Assembly (NCBI GenBank): GCA_051362555.1
Contig: CM120647.1
Span: 15,910,651-15,974,650, forward strand
Direction: 5' to 3'
DNA length: 64,000 bases
DNA from: Lingula anatina
Lineage: Eukaryota > Animalia > Brachiopoda
The notes under the pieces are model-generated. The model made no database searches, was not told the origin of the DNA, and saw only the letters and a program-made list of their open reading frames with translations. Made by a program: the position numbers and the translations under genes. This document shows, in pieces, positions 52,547 to 64,000 of the stretch (positions are counted from its first letter, which is position 1; every line of letters begins with the position of its first letter).

Positions 52547-52714
52547 CAGGGGTGGATTGAGGCCATCTTCTGGGTCTTCTGAAAGATGGTCTGAATTTTT
52601 CAAGTTCACATTGACGGACATCTAATTTTTCTGTGGGAAGACAGTCAAAATTGAGAAAAAATCAAAAAAGTCAATTGGTAAGACTGTCAGAAAATATCCC
52701 GGAATCTGCCCCTG
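52547..52714. mobile_element. hAT-like MITE; degenerate relatives near 22490-22635 and 43115-43150
   Basis: TIR CAGGGGTGGATT / AATCTGCCCCTG; shared core CCATCTTCTGGG.CTT.C.GAAGA. Confidence 0.62.
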
Positions 52715-52869
52715 AAAAATAACGTCTCATATACACACAACATGGACGAACACAAGTTGTATCTAGCCTAGGCCTTCTGTTCACTCTCTACAGCCATTGA
52801 AGTGCAAGTCTAATACGCCTCTTTTCGGCAAGCTGTTTTTATATGATTATCTTAATTGTGCTTTACAAT

Positions 52870-52916
<47 letters not shown>

Positions 52917-53555
52917 CTACAACACCTAATAGACACATTCTGCATCATTTATTCGCTTTTGAATATTTGTGTCAACTTGTAAATTTCAACACTTATATCA
53001 GGACGTGATAGTGAAATAATATTATTGGGCGAAAAAGATGCCATCTTTCCATCAACTGTCAATGAACAGAGTTAACAGGCAATCTTAGAATTGATTCTAA
53101 CAGATGTAGGTGTTAGGGTAATCCAATTTCTGCACACTTTAAATAGCAACTCATTATATACCATTTAACAATATTACCATTGGGACGTACTGGTGCTAGT
53201 CCTGATACTGGGACATTAGGGCCCCTTAGCAAAATATCAGGCCTGCTGTGAAACTGCGGCAGATTTACAACAAATTTGCTGCAATATAGCTGCATATTAG
53301 CAAATTTGCTGCAATATTGTTGCAAATTTTTCACTTTGTTTGTGGGGATAAACACTAGGCACGTCTGCATGGTTTACAACTTCTTCCACCTGTCAATTTG
53401 CTATGTACATGTATCTCCCCCCTTACTATAACTGCTAAATAGGACTGCAATATCTCTGTCCACTCTCTTCTGTTCATTTATCAATTTATAACCCTAAACA
53501 AAATGTGCTTATGCATTGCATTACTCCCCTGTCCTGCTGGCAATTGTCAAAATGG

Positions 53556-53559
<4 letters not shown>

Positions 53560-53618
<59 letters not shown>
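53560..53618. repeat. (CT)n microsatellite; other CA/GT/GA arrays near 33978, 37562, 39040, 46941, 52872, 57064, 63121
   Basis: Directly visible. Confidence 0.95.
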
Positions 53619-53619
<1 letters not shown>

Positions 53620-55412
53620 ACAGCCTTAAATCAAAGCCACTCTTATTGGACTATCAGTATTATTACAGCTAGCTCTTTGACATGGCCAGAGTTGAAAATC
53701 AATGCCTTTTGATTATGGCTATTGATCAGGTGTGCAGTTACAACTAATGAAGGAGTATCTTGAGTGTGCACTTGTAATGAGGTAGGTCACGAGCCTCACA
53801 ATAAGGTGTGTTCAGACAAAAGCATTGGCCAAACCTTTATGTATCTTTAACATGTCATCAAATATCTCACCAAAATAAACTTGAATACTGTAACTTTCTG
53901 TAGTCTTTTAGACAAGCAACACAGAAGAGTTACTTAATTTGATCAGCTCTGAGTATGACAGACTTTTCATTTAGTTTACTTAAACTTACATTAATATACA
54001 TGAAAAGTTGTAAAAATACAGCGTAATCTGTCCAAATTCCACTATATTGGCTGTATGCAATTCGGACTCTAAGTGTCACAATTACAGGTGACATAAATGT
54101 AATCTTCTACTAAGCTTGTGTACATATTTCATATGTCATGGATTGATATGGCTGGCTTACATCCAGGCTAATGAGGTCTCCTGAGAGCATTAACTTATAC
54201 AACAGCTTAGCCAGGTATCGAATCATGATTAAAGGGACCCCAGTTCCCTGTAATGTCTTCAGTTAATTTGCATTTGGAAATGTCATCCAGTGAGACAGGT
54301 AAAGATCACACCTGGCGGCTTACACCACAACCTTTCAATGCAGTTACTGAATAAAAAACACAAAAGTCATTGACACAACTTGCCTATCACCTGAATATTT
54401 TCTGCTCAGTTTTCCTCAGAAGAGGAGACATAAGAAAACTATAAAATTGAAAGGGATTCTTTAAAAAAATTCTTAAAAAGTAAGTGTCTATGGTGCTCTT
54501 TATGAGAGTCCAGGGGTCATTTCACCAAACCCAGATAACAGGATTTCTGGAAAATCTGAAATTTTCATCTCCAATCAAACAGTGAAACCTAATAAAAAAA
54601 GAAAATAAAATATTTAATGAAAAATTATATTTTCACTGGTCTGACAAGCTAATAACTTTGATAAAAAATCACTACTTTCACTTGCTGGGTCCTTTACCTA
54701 CAAGTCCAAAATCACAAACCAACAGCAAGTGCCACAGGCTTTTAACAATAATAAATTTTTCAAAGAGCAGCTAAAACTAACAGTTTTTACCACTTCAATA
54801 TCCCCAATACATAATTAAATAGCTGATAAAGTTTTCTGTTGTGGTCACTACCAAGTGGCTCATGATTCTGTGACAATAATGAAGTCATTGCGTCAGGTGA
54901 GAATACCCAACACATTCTAGCACATCCAGTACAGCTTGTCATAATATCATGAGTGGTTTCACTAAAATCACTTTAACTCTTATAAAACCACTTAAACATA
55001 AAATAAAGATGGGAGATTTTTCTTCTTTTCTAAATTTCTCTGTAAAACATAGATATAAATAGCATTACTCTCCTCATCCGAGAGTGGCGTAAGAGTCATC
55101 TGCAGTCCTCTTGATTGCCACCTCACTGTTCAAAACACCGGGGAAGGTTTGCAACTATTCCATGCTTGCCTTGGATGTGTAAGGGTTGCAGTTTGGTGTA
55201 AAGTTGACAAAAACAGTTCCACCACTTGCATATAAAAATTTCTGTTTAATACAGTTTTAAAATACTGCTAAATCCAACCTTTTTTTTTTTTTTTTTTTTA
55301 GGTTGAAATTCTGTTCATCTGACCAACCCTCAAAGTAAAATGAAATTTAAAAAATAAAGGATAAGATATGCAACTCTCAACACATTCACTGAAATCATTC
55401 CCATGCTCTTAC

Positions 55413-55560
55413 CTTCCTCCCCAGTTTGTGTAGGGCATCCATTTGTACTGTGGCGCCATCTTGTGATTGTTAGGTTCTGGAGCCATACTGTAGGTGGAGT
55501 TGCTGAAGCTGGTAGTCTCATCATCTGTTACCGAAAAACGTCCAGATCTCTCTTCTTCAC
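55413..55560 (-). CDS. OSBPL1: OSBPL1A/ORP1-like linker exon (EEERSGRFSVTDDETT...WMPYTNWGG)
   Basis: CTTCAG acceptor, GTAAGA donor, 148 nt open frame, phase 1/2 bridging the FFAT exon to the ORD. Poorly conserved peptide. Confidence 0.75.
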
Positions 55561-55951
55561 CTGAAGTGTTATTTGATTTTATTTACAAAAACATCTTTAA
55601 GGAATTCATTGCTAAATAATGAGAAAAGATTTTTTTTGGTAAATTAATCAGGTCTGTTGCAAACTCTTCCCACTAATGTGCAAGTAAGAATTTCATGATG
55701 CTTATGAAGTCCGTTTCAAATTTGCTACAAATTTCAGAAGCTTTTGCAAATTTGCTGAAACAGATTTTTCTTGCACGAACTCTTGCAAACCCCATCAGAC
55801 TGTTTTTTTTCCTGAATAAGTGGCAAGATTTTAACTGAAAACCTATATTTTTGTTAAGAGAGAGAGAGAGAAAGAGAGAGAATGATGCCCAATGCGTGGA
55901 CCTAATGCACTGGACATCAGTCTAAGAATGTCTAACAAAAATACCACGCAC

Positions 55952-56120
55952 CTTCGTCACAGTCATAAAATTCATCATCATCTGTGTCGTAATATCTTGC
56001 TGGTGACATGGAGCGCTGGAATGTGTGCTCTAGCTCGTGGTGCTCTGTCGCGAGTGCGTGCAGCGCCTCCTGCAGCACCCGCGTCTTCTCCATCTCTTGT
56101 TGTAGTTGAACTTTACGGAG
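55952..56120 (-). CDS. OSBPL1: OSBPL1A/ORP1-like exon with FFAT motif (LQEALHALATEHHELE...DTDDDEFYDCDE)
   Basis: Matches ORP1L 'LSEALETLATEHHELE...EDEFYDA'. Acidic tract plus EFYDCxE. 169 nt, phase 0/1. Confidence 0.92.
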
Positions 56121-56260
56121 CTGAAACGATAAAATAAAATAAAAACAAATGAGCAACATACAGCCTAATTCAAAGTTGCCAACTTGCACTTTTATGTGTA
56201 CTTTAAGTATAATTGTATACTGGAGTTATCTATTGTTGATATGTGTTTGTTTCATGATAT

Positions 56261-56415
56261 CAGGCCAGTAGCCAGGGGGGTTGGCAAGAACTGCCTTTTT
56301 TGTTGGGGAAAGGTCCATTCAGCGTAAAATTTAAGCTAGGTACTCAGAAATTGCATTGAAAAATGTCCACTTTTTAAGAAAAAAAAACTTTTTTAAATTG
56401 CTGGCTATGGGCCTG
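56261..56415. mobile_element. hAT-like MITE (same family as 2267-2426)
   Basis: CAGGCCAGTAGCCAG ... CTGGCTATGGGCCTG. Confidence 0.72.
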
Positions 56416-58180
56416 TGTTATTCGACTAGATATTGTTTAAAACAGACTGTTGTTGTTTGCACATGTAATTATATTGGCAGTAGATCTAAACATTTTGATT
56501 GCTGTCATGTTGACAACACTGCTAACTATGCAAATTATTTCAAATACTGCTTGTCCTTGAAAATGCTTAGACATTTCAGCACACAAACATTTAGCTTTTC
56601 ACATAAGCAAGGCAAGCAAGGCCTTTTCAGCATTTCTCCAAATGAAAAAAGAAAACAAACAAACAAAAAAGAGCAATTATACAATGCAAAAACAAAAAGA
56701 TTTGAAGTATTAGAACTGATTCTTACAACTTAAAATTGTAAATTTTAAAGCTTTTCCTAGAGCTTTCCTCCTTTACCTACAGCCTTGCTCATTCTGACAT
56801 CTAATGATGGGGGAGGGGGAGAGACGCAATATTACATCACACATGTTTTGACAGCAGGAATGTTCCCCAGTTATTTGTCTAATATTATACCAGCTGTTTG
56901 TATTGAATTGGCATGCCCACATCAACTGGAGTGAAATCGGCTCTATATCTCACCAGGAATAACACTTCTCCCCTTTCTGAAAACAAATATCTCCCCAGCT
57001 TTTCTGAATTAGTGTTCCCTATTTGCTACAGTAGGTGAAGGCATGTAGCCAGCAATCTTAAAAGTGTGTGTGTGTGTGTGTGTATGTGTGTGTGTGTGTG
57101 GGGGGGGGGGAGGGGAGGCTCTTTTTATGAAAAAATTACAGGTCCCATGTATATAATCTATATAATTAGCATTATAAAAAGCCATATGCACTGTAAGTAG
57201 GTTACCTTCGGTTCCTGTTATATAATATATTAATATTTGCTGACAGGCTGTATACATGCTGATTTAATCTTTAATGTGGCATATCGGTGTATATTCAACA
57301 CTACTAGTAACTGGATTTAGTGAATTCATTTATAGCCTAAATAGTGTAATAATTTCTACTTGGCTTTCATTTCAATTTGTTCTACTAGCAAGGATGTACA
57401 AAAGAATTTAAGCTCTCAAGGGCTTTGCGAACCCTATGGAAGCTCACAATTTCAAGGAGGGGGGGGCAGTCCTCTTTTAAAATGGACCTTTTTATCCCCT
57501 TATTAATCACCTAAACTTAGAAATGATTTAAAACCTACGTTAAATTTTGATTCAGAGAGAGAGGGAGAGAGAGAGAGAGATTCTCCAGTCTTATTTAATA
57601 AGCCAGGTGAGTCCTTAATTACAGACACCAGAATATCACTGTCTGAGCAATGATTGTGATTATAATGGGAAAAACCCATTTTAGCTCAAAAACATGAGAA
57701 ACCTATCAAAACCTGTGGCATCACCTAAGTACAGTAACTGCAGAATACGACTTGCCACATGCCACTTAAAGCTTTGATTTAAGCTGCTGATAATACAAAG
57801 ACTACCCTATCAAATACAACAAAAAATCACAGAAATTCTGAACACTCATCATCTCAGATTCTTCAAATTACCTTCAAATTGACAGAGCGTTGGTGTACTC
57901 CCGGTAGATCAATGTGATCAAGTCTTGGTCCTGTGTTGAGCCACTCAATGTCAGCCATTTTTACCTAAACCTTTATTCTCTGTCCTGGTAACAGGTGTTC
58001 TTTACCATCTGGCAGGCTGTATATATGTATGCTCAGGTGAATTATGTATTCTCTTCAGGCTAAGCCATGGAAATTCAGCATTCCACTCTGATTGTGAGTT
58101 TATTTGTTTATTTGTTTGTGGCCTCTTTTTTGGTTCACCATGGAGGACAATTTTAGAGATTTGTTCATTTAATTTATTTA

Positions 58181-58215
<35 letters not shown>

Positions 58216-59160
58216 TTATTTATTTATTTTTTTTTTTGGGGGGGGGGGACACTGAAGATTGATTTTTATATATTTTAACCTCTGGAAGATGCTTTTTAAG
58301 CATCGGTTTCTTTATAGACAATTGACATAAGATTTGATGGAATGTTTCAAAGTAGACATTTATTCAGAAGGAAAAAAAGTGATTTAAGTGACAACTGAAT
58401 CTGAGTAATACTTACGAAAGATTTTATCATTGTCTTATTCTCTGGGGGAAGGTCTGCACACTCAGAGTACTCTCTAGTTTTTATTTATTTATTTATTTAT
58501 TTATTTTTTTTTGCATTTATTATTATCATGATAGTACTGAACTTTTTTTGCCATTATGATGCTTGCTTAAAATATGACAATTCAGGACTAAAACCTGGAT
58601 TAAAAGAACACCTAAATTTATAAATAATTATCCAAATAATCTCACCAGCATATTTGTAAATCATCACTAAATATTTCCAAAATTCCCACTCAGATTTCCT
58701 AGTACTAGTACAGTCATGTAACTCCAGTGACTAATGCCACATGCTTAAGCAGTTCCAATGTATTTTGTGGCATTTACTTTCTTACAGGCAACTAATTGGC
58801 TTTAGACCAAAATCAACCTCACAAACATTATGTTTTACCATAGTTTTTCTTGTCTTGAAACAATATTCAAGCAGACCTTGATCAGGAATTTAACTACTGC
58901 GCATTCTCAATGCTGTAGTAGTAATTGCATAGGCTGCAAATCTCTTAACAACAAATTGAGAGAGAGAGAGAAAGAGAGAGAGCGTCTGAGAGAGACAGAT
59001 GTGTAAAGTAAATCTCTCTCTCTCTCTTTCTCTCTCTCTCTGATCATGTGTGTGTATGTGTGCGTGCATGCACATCCATACATGCATAAATTATGTTTTT
59101 CAACTACATGATTATTAAAGCAACTAAATTTTTACCATACATTACTACAGCATACATTTT

Positions 59161-59346
59161 AGTAGGGAATACCCCCCTTAGTCACCAATCACCAAGAATT
59201 AAAACAGCTCAGTCACCAATAAAGAAGATATATTCAGGTCAATCACCAAGAATTCCTGAATCACGTTTCACGCAGAATATTAGGCTCAAATAACGCATCA
59301 CGCTCAAAAAATAAGGCAAATCACGCAAAAGGTATTCCCTACCCTC
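59161..59346. mobile_element. Small TIR element remnant
   Basis: GTAGGGAATACC / GGTATTCCCTAC inverted ends with internal ATCAC(C/G) repeats; left end appears clipped. Confidence 0.5.
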
Positions 59347-60756
59347 ATTTTATAATGCACAAGATGAGCAAATAACTGACATGAGGATTCCTATAAATAT
59401 CCCATCCTACTGAATAATGCAATGAGGGCACAGTGATCATATATATATACACATTATTTATATCAAATTATATAGGATTTACAAGCTGGTCAAACAGTAA
59501 GATTTACATTATATTATATATTTAATATTAAATAGGGATGAGATGACCGCGTTTACTGTAAGAGTCTTAAAATATGGCACGGGGTCCAGGAGACCACCTG
59601 CCTCGATCTCAAAATTGATATTTTTGGCTCCCAAATAGACGAAAATCTGCTGATGGTCCAAAAAATCTCAGCACTGATTTAAATCGGTCCTGACAAATAT
59701 AAAAGACTGCTTACCTCCAATTTTTGTTAATATTCTAAACAATCTCCAAGAGCATAGTGATTTTCTTGCCATTTTCACTCCCATTGGTGGCAATAGTCTG
59801 TTATGGTATTTAAACTACAGTACATTTACTATGGCCCAACCACACATATATATAGCGCTCTTATACAACCAGCTTACAGTCAACCTGACATAGTTGGCTA
59901 TCCATTTTCAGCAGTCAAGTAGTAACCTCCAAAACCAGAAAGCTTTCTGTGAAATGGTTTCCAGATATGCTGCTGACTGGAATGTCTACATGTGAAACTC
60001 ATTCAGAGATTTTTTTTCTTTTTTATGATATCTAGATATATCTTATAAGTTCTATTATATAGGGGCACCCTGAACATCAGAATTAACTAGACACTAACCA
60101 CTCTACTAACAATATGCCTCCAAATCTTTTATGGTTCTTATATAATATGCCTAAAAAAAACAGTGATAGACTGAGGTACTGGTAAGCAACCAGAGTTTCA
60201 GAGTATCAATCTATTTTCACCATGTTTCCAAAACTTAAACTTATATAATTTACCTGAAAAGTACATGTGGGACAGATTGAGGTATGAGAAAGCACCCTGA
60301 GTTTCATAGACTCCTGGAGACTTATCAATGTGTTTTCAGCATGCCTTCAGATGGTTCTTAAACCAGCAGAAATGACAGACTGGCACTTGCACCCTGAATT
60401 CACAAATTATTTCAAACTGCACAGGGATGCTGATATGAGGTGAGTAGATTCTTATAAACTTTGAAACTCAGGGCTCTGGGATCTTTCTATAGATACTGAT
60501 GGGTTCATCTGGTCAGCAATTATCTTGAACAACATCCAGAACAGTCAGGGATATACTTAAACAATTCTGGGAAATATGAGCACCTGTCTGGGAGAGAAAT
60601 TTATACATTTCTCGCTCCCACTGAAACAATCAAGTAAAAATGCTACTTAAAAGTCTATCCTTCATTTTATCATCCTGCGGCATCTGTTTTAAAAGTCATC
60701 TAATGAACCAAGACGACACTGCCTTTTTTATTTTTAATTAATTAATTAATTAATTA

Positions 60757-61058
60757 CTCTGAAGTGCCTAATAATAGTGCCGGCACAATTATTTTTTTCC
60801 GGAAATTTTCCACCTGGCACGATCTTATTTCCCCAGCACTATTAATAATTTTCTTAACATCCATACAGCACAATTATTTGGCAGTCATTGTGCCAGTTGG
60901 AAATACTGTTGAATGTTGAATTATTCTACTAGGCACTGTTATTAAATATGGAGAATTTTCCAGGGGGCACAATTATTCCGCTAGGCATTATTATAAATTT
61001 CGGAAAATATTCCGGAGGCACAATTATTCGGTAGGCACTATTATTCGACACTTCAGAA
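60757..61058. mobile_element. Tc1/mariner(pogo)-type MITE
   Basis: TA flanks; TIR CTCTGAAGTGCCTAATAATAGTGCC / GGCACTATTATTCGACACTTCAGAA; internal GGCAC..TTATT repeats. Confidence 0.7.
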
Positions 61059-61199
61059 TAATTACTTTTTTTGAAAGCAATATTGTGTTAGTTGTGACAG
61101 TGCTTGCCTCTTAAATGAGGGAGACCCAGTGTCAAACAACATATTGGCTTAGTACGGATTTACATCATCCTAGAATTCATGTCTTGTCATATAAAAGTC

Positions 61200-61548
61200 A
61201 GGATAGTGTGTTAGTTGAGATGACACAATTGTGTCGGGTGAGATACACCTCTCCTTGCTGTTTAAACAGTGGGATTGACCCCATTTTCATAGACACCAAT
61301 GGTCTACGTAGATTCATCCAACTCTGTGGGGACTTTTGCTGAGTCACATAGTGAGTCAAGGCATTGTGTTAGTTGAGATGACAATATTGTGTCAGATGTG
61401 ACAGAACTCACCTCCTCTTGCTGTTTAAACAATGTCATACAGTGAGTCAAGGCATTGTGTTAGTTGAGATGACAATATTGTGTCAGATGTGACAGTACTC
61501 ACCTCCTCTTGCTGTTTAAACAATGTCATACAGTGGGTCAAGGCATTG
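61200..61548 (-). repeat. 91-bp tandem duplication of an OSBPL exon 3' end and donor
   Basis: CTCACCTCCTCTTGCTGTTTAAACAATGTCATACAGTG.GTCAAGGCATTG present twice, plus a degenerate third copy. Confidence 0.88.
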
Positions 61549-61615
61549 CACATGTCTTTGGAGGCTGTCCCTATCTGCTGGAACTGTGACAGGAGCTGGA
61601 CATGTTGGACTGTGC
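61503..61615 (-). CDS. OSBPL1: OSBPL1A/ORP1-like exon (coiled coil, ...ASKDMCNALTHCMTLFKQQEE)
   Basis: TTTCAG acceptor and GTGAGT donor on -. Resembles ORP1L 'ASRETCVALTDCLNLFTKQE'. Joins the next exon in phase 0. Confidence 0.85.
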
Positions 61616-61760
61616 CTGAAATCAAGTGAAAACAATGAGTTAGGTGTGATCTGGAGACTGTGTTAGGTGTGATCTGGAGATTGTGTTGGGTATGTCAAAG
61701 TTCAGTTTCTATTTTTTTTTTAAATCTAATTTTCTTTTTTTTTATTGCTATCAGCATTTT

Positions 61761-61801
<41 letters not shown>

Positions 61802-63396
61802 GGGGGGGGGCTGATTTTTTAACCTCTTTTTTTTTTACTTTCTCAAACTTTCTAATCTCTAGAATTTGGTTCTTATCTTTTTTCTTTCCTTATTTCTTTG
61901 CTCATTCATTCATTTGTTTGTTCAGTCATTCAGTTTGTTGTTATTATTATAAGAAAATGTAGTCTGCCAGTCAATACCATTATCTACCCAAAGCATATTT
62001 GTGACCATTATCTGAAGGCCATCCTACGCATGCCCACTAGAGTTGTTTTTCATTCAGCTTTGTAATAATTAACGAGAAATGCAGACAACAGACCAAATAC
62101 AGACTCCCCATGTTCATAGAGGCAGAATTAGGCTAATACGTATTAAAGTGGAGAAGATAAGCTGATTACTATACAATTACTTCTACATAAACAAGTTTAC
62201 TTTAAAGGGTCATCTACTCGTACTACAGTGACTTAATACGACAACTGTGACAGTACTGATGTACTCCATGTTCCTGTACTAAAAACTAATATGTGCTTTG
62301 AAACTTTTTCACTGTCTCTTACGTTATGCTGAAAAGTAAGTCAATTGTTTCTGAAGAGATGAAACTGTTTCCTAAGTTACCAATCAGGCATGAAGATTTA
62401 TATCTTTCATAAAAGTCCCTTGTTTAAATGGCACACATGTCTATGGAAGCCAACTGCTTATATATGTAACAATATAAAATCATGCCTATTCATGAACTTT
62501 TAGCTTTTAAAAGAAAGAAAAACTCATTATGTTATTTCAAATTTATTATTTTCTTTAATATTCATTTTAAAGGTTCATTTTAAGTAATTAGATCTAACTC
62601 CATTTTAACACAGTGCTGCATTTTTGTACATGCATCAATACATGAAACAGTTGTATATATTGCACAGGAGTACAAAGGACCCCGATTTCATATAAACTGT
62701 ACTTTTATCCTACCTTTATCAGTCAATAGCAGACGGGCAAACATCCATTTTGATAAAGAGACATATACTTGACTAACAAATGCTAGCATATACAGATACA
62801 GACAAATAAAGAAACCATTCAAAATATCAAAAAATTGCATCCTATTTCTACTATAACATTAAAAGTATGTTTATCGCAGCCCTGCTCAAATATTCCTTCT
62901 TTCATATGCAATCCACCAGGTCCATGAAAAGAACTGGTATTATTTGTATTTCTATGGACTCTGACATGCTATTATATATACTTACCAAGCATGTCTCAAG
63001 GCCACCCAACCTTCAGAAAACAAGCCACTGTGACATTAAGGACAAAGTCAAAAGTGATATATACACATGCTGAAAGTCATTGCCTGATTTTAATCTTAAT
63101 GGGGTGTGGGTGCATTGAACGTGTGTGTGTGTGTGTGTTTGTGTATGTGTGTGTGTGTGTGTGAGGAAAGAGAAGAAAGAAGAAATTCCCCTGGTTGATA
63201 CAGAATTTTACTGAGGGGTAGGGGTAGTATAAAGGAGGGGTGTAAATTGTTACAGTATTATTCTGCTTCGGTTAAAAATTGAACCGACACTATTAAATAT
63301 TTGTGAAAAAACTTTTAAAGGCACAGAAAAATCATGACTAAAACTCTACACAGTAATTTCACATGCCTTATCATATTACAAAAAGCCCCATCCAAA

Positions 63397-63427
<31 letters not shown>

Positions 63428-64000
63428 AAATGAATATTCTGTGCTTGTCAGGTGAAAATTTCATCCAAATTTCAAGTTAAACAAAAGTTAGGTAGCCATT
63501 TTCAAATCCAAAAGCAGTTTACGAGCTTATTATTTATTTCTTAGGCTATGTGACATAACATTATCATTTGTTCCTATGGAGGACTTGGTGAATAAACTCA
63601 TCATCTTATATTTTATGTTACTAGTACAATAATAGATTGTCCAATACCTTCTAAGATAATGATTTAGGTATCTTGTGAATAACAACATTTGAAAGTCATA
63701 ATATTTTCACAATCAATCAATAATGAGAAAGTTAATCAATCAAGTTATTATAATACTGAAATTAGTCTAGACACGATGTATATTTCAGGGTTAAAAGGAT
63801 AGCACACACATGGTCGGTCATTCCAACATGGCAAGTGAGCGTACTGGTGCGAAAGCCATTGTAATGACATCATCGAAATGCTCGGTTCATGATGTTAAGT
63901 AATAATGAAGTCCAAATATATCCCCTGTTGTTATCAATTGTTAATCAGATTTGATTAAGTAAATATACTAAAATTAGGAGTTCCACCCACAAAACTATTC

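Overview
AT-rich, intron-rich animal genomic DNA; the repeat repertoire suggests an invertebrate, probably a mollusc (inference). Two convergent spliced genes, both missing their 5' ends from the window. (1) The 3' part of an OXR1/NCOA7-family TLDc gene on + (6 exons, 1819-26496). (2) The 3' part of an OSBPL1A/ORP1-like gene on - (14 exons, 61615-31996: coiled coil, FFAT motif, complete ORD). All listed junctions are GT-AG and join in frame. The last OXR1 intron (15.7 kb) is a five-level transposon nest: HINE (Helentron-type non-autonomous element) > Harbinger-like MITE (TAA TSD) > hAT with an uninterrupted 4-exon, 686-aa transposase and a 5-bp TSD > long HINE with a ~160-bp array > decayed ISL2EU (AT TSD). 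Other highlights: candidate alternative first exons giving short isoforms of both genes, tandem duplications of exon edges that create decoy splice sites, a HINE end serving as an OXR1 splice acceptor, and TA-duplicating micro-insertions. I see no clearly new biological system. Calls come from manual reading and motif recall, not database searches.
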